From a virus (lineage: Duplodnaviria > Heunggongvirae > Uroviricota > Caudoviricetes): a stretch of 40,824 nucleotides of DNA. A program made the translations under genes and the position numbers. Numbering within the stretch: the stretch's first letter is position 1; each line of letters opens with the position of its first letter. The notes under the pieces are model-generated. The model was not told the origin of the DNA. It was given only the letters and a program-made list of their open reading frames with translations, and did not search any database. Positions 35,375 to 40,824 of the stretch are shown piece by piece. The stretch is taken from positions 1-40,824 of IMG/VR virus record IMGVR_UViG_2563366969_000004; one strand, written 5' to 3'.

Positions 35375-35389
35375 TTACCTCAACGGTAA
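35375..35389. promoter_or_regulatory. TTACC-N5-GGTAA palindrome (OL-like region)
   Basis: TTACCtcaacGGTAA about 20 bp upstream of small ORF start. Confidence 0.55.
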
Positions 35390-35408
35390 CAAGCCGAGGT
35401 AACAAGTT

Positions 35409-35561
35409 ATGCAGTGGAAAATCATCAACGGTTGGTACTGCGTTACTGCATGCGGATTCATGAGCTGGAAGTTCCGCACCTTACAGGAAGGCATCAAGTG
35501 GGCTTTCGTCAGCAAAGAAGCTCGCGATGTGGCAAACGATAACGAGATATGGGAGGGCTGA
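35409..35561 (+). CDS. Small ORF (50 aa), first gene of early-left operon
   Basis: ATG with SD GAGGT; not in supplied ORF track (below size cut-off); hand translated to a TGA stop at 35559..35561. Confidence 0.35.
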   Translation: MQWKIINGWYCVTACGFMSWKFRTLQEGIKWAFVSKEARDVANDNEIWEG

Positions 35562-35563
35562 TA

Positions 35564-35863
35564 ATGAACGTTAATCAGCAGAAAAATCTTCAAAAAATCA
35601 TGCTGGCATTCGACAAGGACTACCGCCTGTCAGAACAGCTATATGACCGACAAGTTGAACTGATTGAGAGCATCCGACTTCATCAACTGTCCTCAACTTT
35701 CGACGTTGTAACAGGCAAAGGCGTTCGTCAGGAAGTGCTGGAGGCTGCTAAAGACAGCCCTGAGTTCGAAGAACTGATGGATGCCTACCGGCGCGAGGCA
35801 ATGGCAATTATCGCCCGCTGGGATCTGGCGGATCAGCTTGATGGACAGAGGGACGCGGCATGA
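35564..35863 (+). CDS. Hypothetical early protein
   Basis: ATG 35564 with SD GGGAGGG; stop overlaps start of exonuclease gene (ATGA). Confidence 0.5.
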   Translation: MNVNQQKNLQKIMLAFDKDYRLSEQLYDRQVELIESIRLHQLSSTFDVVTGKGVRQEVLEAAKDSPEFEELMDAYRREAMAIIARWDLADQLDGQRDAA

Positions 35864-36681
35864 ATCCGGGAATTTATTTCGATATCAGCAACGAAGACTA
35901 CCACGCCGGTGACGGCGTGAGTAAGTCGCAACTGGACATGGTTGCCAAGAATCCGGCGCTTCTTAAATGGGTTCAGGCAGCACCAGAAGACGAAGAGAAA
36001 AAGTCTGCACTGGATATGGGAACCGCATTGCACTGTCTGCTTCTGGAGCCTGGAGAGTTCGACAAACGCTTCATTGTTTCACCGAAATTCGATCGTCGGA
36101 CGAAACAAGGTAAAGCTGACGAAGAGGCATTTCTTCGTGATGTGGCGGATATGGGGATTACGGTACTTGATGCCGAGCAGTGGCGGAAACTGGAGCTGAT
36201 GCGTGATAGCGCAATGGCTCACCCGGCGGCACGCTGGATGTTGGAAGCACCTGGTTACTGCGAAGCGTCAATGTACTGGAACGATGAAGAAACGGGTGAG
36301 TTGTGCCGAATTCGTCCAGACAAATGGCTGAACGAGCACAACGTGATCATCGACGTGAAAAAGGTTGCAGATATGGACCGTTTTGCACGTCACATCGAGG
36401 AATTCCGCTACCACGTGCAGGACGCAATGTACCGCGAAGGCGCAATGAGGGTTACTGGTCAGCCGCATGGTTTTTTCTTTCTTGCCGTGAGCGAAAGCAT
36501 TGATTGTGGTCGGTATCCGGTACGCGTGTTCGAGCTGGATGCGCCGGATGTCGATGCCGGGCACGCTCTGTTCCGCCGGGATCTGAATACCTATCACGAA
36601 TGCCGCATCAACGATGAGTGGGGCGGAGTGGAAATTATTAAACGCCCTGACTGGGCACGTAAACAGGATATGTACGTATGA
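35860..36681 (+). CDS. PD-(D/E)XK exonuclease (RecE-like short form), partner of RecT-like protein
   Basis: 273 aa; acidic/Lys motif region ...RIRPDKW...IIDVKKV...; translationally coupled (ATGA) to downstream annealing protein gene. Confidence 0.65.
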   Translation: MNPGIYFDISNEDYHAGDGVSKSQLDMVAKNPALLKWVQAAPEDEEKKSALDMGTALHCLLLEPGEFDKRFIVSPKFDRRTKQGKADEEAFLRDVADMGITVLDAEQWRKLELMRDSAMAHPAARWMLEAPGYCEASMYWNDEETGELCRIRPDKWLNEHNVIIDVKKVADMDRFARHIEEFRYHVQDAMYREGAMRVTGQPHGFFFLAVSESIDCGRYPVRVFELDAPDVDAGHALFRRDLNTYHECRINDEWGGVEIIKRPDWARKQDMYV

Positions 36682-37559
36682 GCAATGATATCGCAATCAC
36701 ATCACAACCAGGCGCAACTGTAGGCACTGCTGCGGCAATCTTCAGCCCCGAGGGAATGAATCAACTGGTGCGTTTCGCTGAGTTGATGTCACAAAGCAAA
36801 GCGACTGTACCGAAACATCTTGAAGGCAAACCTGCCGATTGCCTGGCGGTGACCATGCAGGCGGCACAGTGGGGAATGAACCCTTTCGCCGTGGCGCAGA
36901 AAACGCATGTGGTAAACGGAACGTTAGGCTACGAAGCACAGTTGGTAAACGCGGTCGTATCCTCGTCAAGCCTGCTGGCGACACGCCTGAATTATCGCTG
37001 GAGCGGTGACTGGTCGAATGTTAACGGCAAAACAGATAAATCACCGAATCTGACGGTAACTGTGTCAGCAGTTCTTAAAGGAGAAGCAGAACCACGTGAG
37101 CTTACCATCAGTATGGCGCAAGCCGGAGTGCGTAACTCTCCATTGTGGGAACAGGATCCTCGCCAGCAGCTTGCCTATCTTTGCACGAAACGATGGGCTC
37201 GCCTGCACGCTCCTGATGTACTTCTCGGTGTTTACACCCCTGACGAATTACAGGAAACGGCACCGCGCGTTGAACGAGACATTACTCCGCAAACAACTAC
37301 TGCTGCGGGAATGAACAGTCTGATCAACGCTAAACCAGTGAAAAAGCCTGATGAGCAAACGCGTAAAGCGGATAGCCGTGATCCAGAAGAAATGCTGATG
37401 GCCTTTACCAGCGCAGCGATGAATTACAGCACTGTCTCCGAACTGGATAAGGCTTACAAATACATTGCACAAAAACTTTCAGATGATGACGAACTGCTGG
37501 CAAAAGCAACCGACGTTTACAGCGTTCGTCGGGAAGAATTAAACGAAACATCTATGTAA
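36678..37559 (+). CDS. RecT-like single-strand annealing protein
   Basis: 293 aa; central region CLAVTMQAAQWGMNPFA resembles RecT family core; gene order exonuclease then annealing protein. Confidence 0.6.
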   Translation: MSNDIAITSQPGATVGTAAAIFSPEGMNQLVRFAELMSQSKATVPKHLEGKPADCLAVTMQAAQWGMNPFAVAQKTHVVNGTLGYEAQLVNAVVSSSSLLATRLNYRWSGDWSNVNGKTDKSPNLTVTVSAVLKGEAEPRELTISMAQAGVRNSPLWEQDPRQQLAYLCTKRWARLHAPDVLLGVYTPDELQETAPRVERDITPQTTTAAGMNSLINAKPVKKPDEQTRKADSRDPEEMLMAFTSAAMNYSTVSELDKAYKYIAQKLSDDDELLAKATDVYSVRREELNETSM

Positions 37560-37608
37560 CCACCACCGCGGCGCCACACGCGCCGCACTGCAACCAAGAG
37601 AGGTATTT

Positions 37609-37857
37609 ATGAAAGGTGCATTAGGTAAGAAGGAACTCCTGGCGGTGGTGCCACTGTCATGGAGCACTATCGACCGTATGGAGCGCGCAGGGGAATTTCC
37701 TAAACGCTGGTATATCACTGACAAACGCTGCGCATGGAACCGTGACGAAGTTGAGCGTTGGCTTGATGAACGTCAGGCAGCAAGTCCGGCAGAGTTCCAG
37801 GGTAAAAAACCTCCTGTTCAGCAACGTGTATATCGTCCCGTGAGCAACGCTGCATGA
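37609..37857 (+). CDS. AlpA-family HTH regulator / excisionase candidate
   Basis: LSWSTIDRMERAGEFPKRWYI...WNRDEVERWL matches AlpA pattern; SD GAGG. Confidence 0.75.
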   Translation: MKGALGKKELLAVVPLSWSTIDRMERAGEFPKRWYITDKRCAWNRDEVERWLDERQAASPAEFQGKKPPVQQRVYRPVSNAA

Positions 37858-37966
37858 GTGCGCTGCTAAGGCACTGGAGCAAATGGTCAGGATGGTACTT
37901 ATTCCTGGCCTCTGTTTCAGCATGGCTTTATCTGCTGGCATTAATTTTCAGAGAGGGTTGGATTAA

Positions 37967-38266
37967 GTGAGAAAGTTAAGCCGACTTGAAAAATATCACA
38001 TGAATAAGGTTTCAATGCGTAGTCCGTCAAAGATTGTCGCCGTTACTCCTGCGGCGATAGAGATCGAAAAACGCGCGATTGAAAGAGAAAAAAAAGGGCA
38101 GTTCCGCATTGCCGCTCACCTTTGGCTTCAGTGTATGGATGTTGCTTCTGGTGATGTTGAGCGAGCAAGGATTGCGGTTCGCAGGGACCAATGTATCACA
38201 AAAGGTAACGGCCTTCGCCGTGGCGACTATAGCGGCATAGGATGTTGTGGGGTGGTTTATGACTAA
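37967..38266 (+). CDS. Small hypothetical protein (possible small regulator)
   Basis: GTG start with SD GAGAGGG; 99 aa; overlaps methyltransferase start by 8 nt. Confidence 0.4.
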   Translation: MRKLSRLEKYHMNKVSMRSPSKIVAVTPAAIEIEKRAIEREKKGQFRIAAHLWLQCMDVASGDVERARIAVRRDQCITKGNGLRRGDYSGIGCCGVVYD

Positions 38267-38909
38267 GAAATACACACTAATCTATGCAGATCCACCCTGG
38301 GTATACCGGGACAAAGCCGCAGATGGTAATCGCGGTGCCGGTTTTAAATATCCGGTTATGAGTGTGCTTGATATCTGCCGCCTTCCTGTGTGGGATTTGG
38401 CCGATGAAAACTGTCTGTTGGCCATGTGGTGGGTGCCAACACAACCACTCGAAGCACTAAAAGTTGTTGAAGCCTGGGGATTCCGTCTGATGACCATGAA
38501 GGGCTTCACGTGGATAAAATGTGGTAGTCGACAACAAGATAAACTGGTTATGGGTATGGGTCACATGACTCGCGCCAATAGTGAAGATTGCCTGTTTGCA
38601 GTAAAGGGAAAACTACCTCCGCGCATTAATGCAGGGATCGTTCAGTCATTTACCGCACCGCGGCTTGAGCATTCAAGAAAACCAGATGTCGTTCGTGAAA
38701 AACTTGTGCAATTGTTAGGCGATGTTTCTCGCATTGAACTGTTCGCCCGCCAGTCGTCTCATGGCTTCGATGTTTGGGGTAATCAGTGCGAAGACCCGGC
38801 AGTGCAACTACACCCTGGATACGCGTTGGCTATTGGCGGATTAACAAATGCATTCAGCAATGCTCCGCTGTCACCAACAGACAACCAGGGGCGGGAGCGT
38901 TCAGCATGA
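38259..38909 (+). CDS. DNA N6-adenine methyltransferase, MT-A70 family (orphan)
   Basis: N-terminal IYADPPW motif; no adjacent restriction endonuclease gene. Confidence 0.8.
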   Translation: MTKKYTLIYADPPWVYRDKAADGNRGAGFKYPVMSVLDICRLPVWDLADENCLLAMWWVPTQPLEALKVVEAWGFRLMTMKGFTWIKCGSRQQDKLVMGMGHMTRANSEDCLFAVKGKLPPRINAGIVQSFTAPRLEHSRKPDVVREKLVQLLGDVSRIELFARQSSHGFDVWGNQCEDPAVQLHPGYALAIGGLTNAFSNAPLSPTDNQGRERSA

Positions 38910-39565
38910 ACCTATATCAACGCATCAATGGCGCTGACTGGTGCAATATCTTCGTCGTCGGCGATCTGCATGGGTGCTACACGCTGCTGATGAACGAACT
39001 CGACAAAGTTTCATTCGACCCGGCGCGCGATTTGCTTATTTCCGTTGGTGACCTTGTTGACCGCGGCGCTGAAAACGTCGAATGCCTGGATTTGATTACT
39101 ATGCCGTGGTTCCGAGCTGTTCGTGGCAACCATGAGCAGATGATGCTGGATGCACTGGTCAACGGCGGAAGTTTCGGACATTGGATGTCAAACGGCGGTG
39201 GATGGTGGCGCCAACTTGATTCTGAGCAGGATGTGCAACTCAAATACCTTCTGCCAAAGGTTACCAACCTCCCGATGATTATCGAACTGGTTACCGGCAA
39301 TAAGAAGGTCGTCATCTGCCACGCAGACTACCCCCACAACGAATACGCATTCGATAAGCCAGTACCGGAAGAAATGGTGATATGGAATCGTGAGCGGGTT
39401 AGCGACGCGCAGGACGGTATTGTCTCGGAGATAACCGGTGCCGATTTGTTCATCTTCGGTCATACGCCAGCACATCACCCACTAGTGTATGCAAACCAGA
39501 TGTACATCGACACCGGCGCAGTGTTCTGCGGAAATCTGACGCTTACCAAAGTCCAGGAAGGATAG
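38906..39565 (+). CDS. Ser/Thr protein phosphatase, lambda-type metallophosphatase
   Basis: GDLHG, GDLVDRG and GNHE motifs; ATG 38906 overlaps methyltransferase stop (ATGA) with SD GGGAG. Confidence 0.85.
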   Translation: MNLYQRINGADWCNIFVVGDLHGCYTLLMNELDKVSFDPARDLLISVGDLVDRGAENVECLDLITMPWFRAVRGNHEQMMLDALVNGGSFGHWMSNGGGWWRQLDSEQDVQLKYLLPKVTNLPMIIELVTGNKKVVICHADYPHNEYAFDKPVPEEMVIWNRERVSDAQDGIVSEITGADLFIFGHTPAHHPLVYANQMYIDTGAVFCGNLTLTKVQEG

Positions 39566-39567
39566 AA

Positions 39568-40824
39568 TTATTTATTACTGTCTTCCATCCACTTCTCAAA
39601 CTTCGACGGGGAGAACGGAATCAGATCCGTATGCTCCCCGTTAATCCAGGAATCAATCATATCGGCCCACTGCTGCAACATGTAGGCGCGCTGTCTGGCG
39701 TATTCCGCTTTGTTATATACGGCGCGCACACCTTTCTGCTCATGTGCCAGAGCCTTTTCAATCCAGTCTGAAGGATAACCAGCCTCATGCAACAACGTAC
39801 TGGCTGTACGGCGCATATCATGTACAGTGAAGTCCTGAATATACTCACCATCTTCATTTATTATTTTCACCGTTCTGTCGATCAGAGAGTTCAGTGCGGC
39901 ATTAGATAATGGCTTCCGGAAATTGTAACGACCAGGAACCAGATATTCACTTCCACCAGCGCACATCTGCAACCCAACCAATATATCCTGTGCCTGTTTT
40001 GGCAGGTAAATAACGTGCGCCCGGCTTCCCTTCATGCGGTCTGAAGGAATTGTCCATGTCCATTTTTTAAAATCTATTTCGTCCCACGTTGCATTGGTGA
40101 ATTCGCCTTTACGAACCATAGTGATAAGCACCAGTTTTAAAGCCATTTTCATAGTGCCCATAGCACCAATGGCATCCAGCGTGCGGAAGAAAAGACCAAT
40201 TTCTTCTGGTGTCAGCGTTCGCTCTCGTGGTTTAAATATGGCGATAGACGAAGGCTTAATATCAGCCGCAGGATTAAACAAACCATGACCGCGGTCATTG
40301 GCGTGACGGTATACGCTGCTGATGATCTCCCTGGCCTGCACTGCTGTTGCCCGGCCACCGCGTTCGACAATCCGGTCACACAAATCACGAACCATCGATG
40401 TGGTAATTTCAGCCATCATTTTGTTGCCAAGAACCGGAAGTATGTCACGGTCGATCACCGCCTGCTTCATTGCGCGGGTACTGTCAGCCAGGATGACGTG
40501 TTTCATATAACTGTCGGTATGTACCGCAAACGTCTCGGCACCACGAATCTTTTTGATACCGTCACGTTTAGCCGCAGCCGGCGACTGGCCTGCTTTAAGC
40601 AACTTCTTTGCAGCAATCAGTTCTTCCCGCGCTTCTGCCAGGCTGATACCGTCACGCCCATACTGCCCGATTACCAGTGTTTCGCGGCGACCGTTGATAC
40701 GGTAGTCATAGCGAAACGAGACCGTACCTGACGTAAGCACAGCTACATACAGCCCGTCACGATCGGAGACCTTGTACAGTTTGTCCTGCGGCTTGAGGTT
40801 TTTTAATTTTGTATCGGTAAGCAC
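39568..40824 (-). CDS. int: Tyrosine integrase; GTG start codon at 40822..40824, flush with window edge, so true N-terminus may lie beyond
   Basis: N-terminal arm-binding-type domain; C-terminal catalytic region with HxxR and terminal Tyr segment (HDMRRTASTLL...RAVYNKAEY). Confidence 0.85.
   Translation of the reverse strand: MLTDTKLKNLKPQDKLYKVSDRDGLYVAVLTSGTVSFRYDYRINGRRETLVIGQYGRDGISLAEAREELIAAKKLLKAGQSPAAAKRDGIKKIRGAETFAVHTDSYMKHVILADSTRAMKQAVIDRDILPVLGNKMMAEITTSMVRDLCDRIVERGGRATAVQAREIISSVYRHANDRGHGLFNPAADIKPSSIAIFKPRERTLTPEEIGLFFRTLDAIGAMGTMKMALKLVLITMVRKGEFTNATWDEIDFKKWTWTIPSDRMKGSRAHVIYLPKQAQDILVGLQMCAGGSEYLVPGRYNFRKPLSNAALNSLIDRTVKIINEDGEYIQDFTVHDMRRTASTLLHEAGYPSDWIEKALAHEQKGVRAVYNKAEYARQRAYMLQQWADMIDSWINGEHTDLIPFSPSKFEKWMEDSNK

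Larger units (their letters stand above)
1142..40824 (-). mobile_element. Temperate prophage, near complete (podovirus-like structural module, lambda-like replication/immunity, integrase at right edge); left boundary lies somewhere in 1072..1267, right boundary outside window
   Basis: Contiguous integrase, immunity, replication, terminase, portal, capsid, tail, tailspike and lysis genes; nearly all late genes on minus strand. Confidence 0.85.

Noticed and set aside
1-40824. CRISPR arrays, insertion sequences, transposases, reverse transcriptases or toxin-antitoxin pairs
   Set aside because: No regularly spaced direct repeats, no terminal inverted repeats with transposase-like ORFs, and no RT, DDE or classic toxin motifs found on manual inspection of either strand

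Overview
The window is almost entirely one temperate prophage (about 1.1 kb to the right edge at 40824), flanked on the left by two probable host genes for secreted/lipoproteins (1..1071). Read right to left on the minus strand it runs: tyrosine integrase at the window edge (start codon at 40822..40824, so the attachment site is outside the window); a plus-strand early-left operon (CI-like tandem-HTH repressor, small ORFs, PD-(D/E)XK exonuclease, RecT-like annealing protein, AlpA-type excisionase, MT-A70 adenine methyltransferase, lambda-type Ser/Thr phosphatase); a divergent Cro-like / CI-like immunity switch with flanking terminators; lambda O-like and P-like replication genes with iteron-like repeats inside the O-like gene; a nin-like block of small genes; small and large terminase; an internal tRNA-Arg(UCU) plus an AT-rich moron; portal, scaffold, major capsid, T7 gp11/gp12-like tail-tube genes and four large internal-virion genes; an accessory island (6.6-10.1 kb); a 1039-aa tailspike; and a lysis cassette (holin, second membrane protein, GH19 endolysin, Rz with embedded Rz1 candidate) abutting the left boundary. 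The architecture resembles epsilon15-like podovirus prophages; that assignment is inference from gene order and motifs, not from a search. The most interesting signals are regulatory and accessory: (1) about 12 copies of a 15-bp palindrome TTACC-N5-GGTAA, clustered around the repressor gene but also in front of accessory genes in the late region; (2) a near-consensus LexA box on the promoter of a small gene whose product is homologous to the C-terminal domain of a nearby Bro-N antirepressor-like protein, while the CI-like repressor has no S24 autocleavage domain; (3) an immI/sieA-like accessory island with a membrane-anchored tandem zinc-ribbon protein, a membrane-anchored 179-aa protein behind a leader/attenuator, and a small multi-TM protein; (4) a 12-bp perfect palindrome GTGACATGTCAC present three times next to terminators at moron borders. 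All coordinates were counted by hand from the sequence; no database search or computation was possible, and all family assignments are from remembered motifs.
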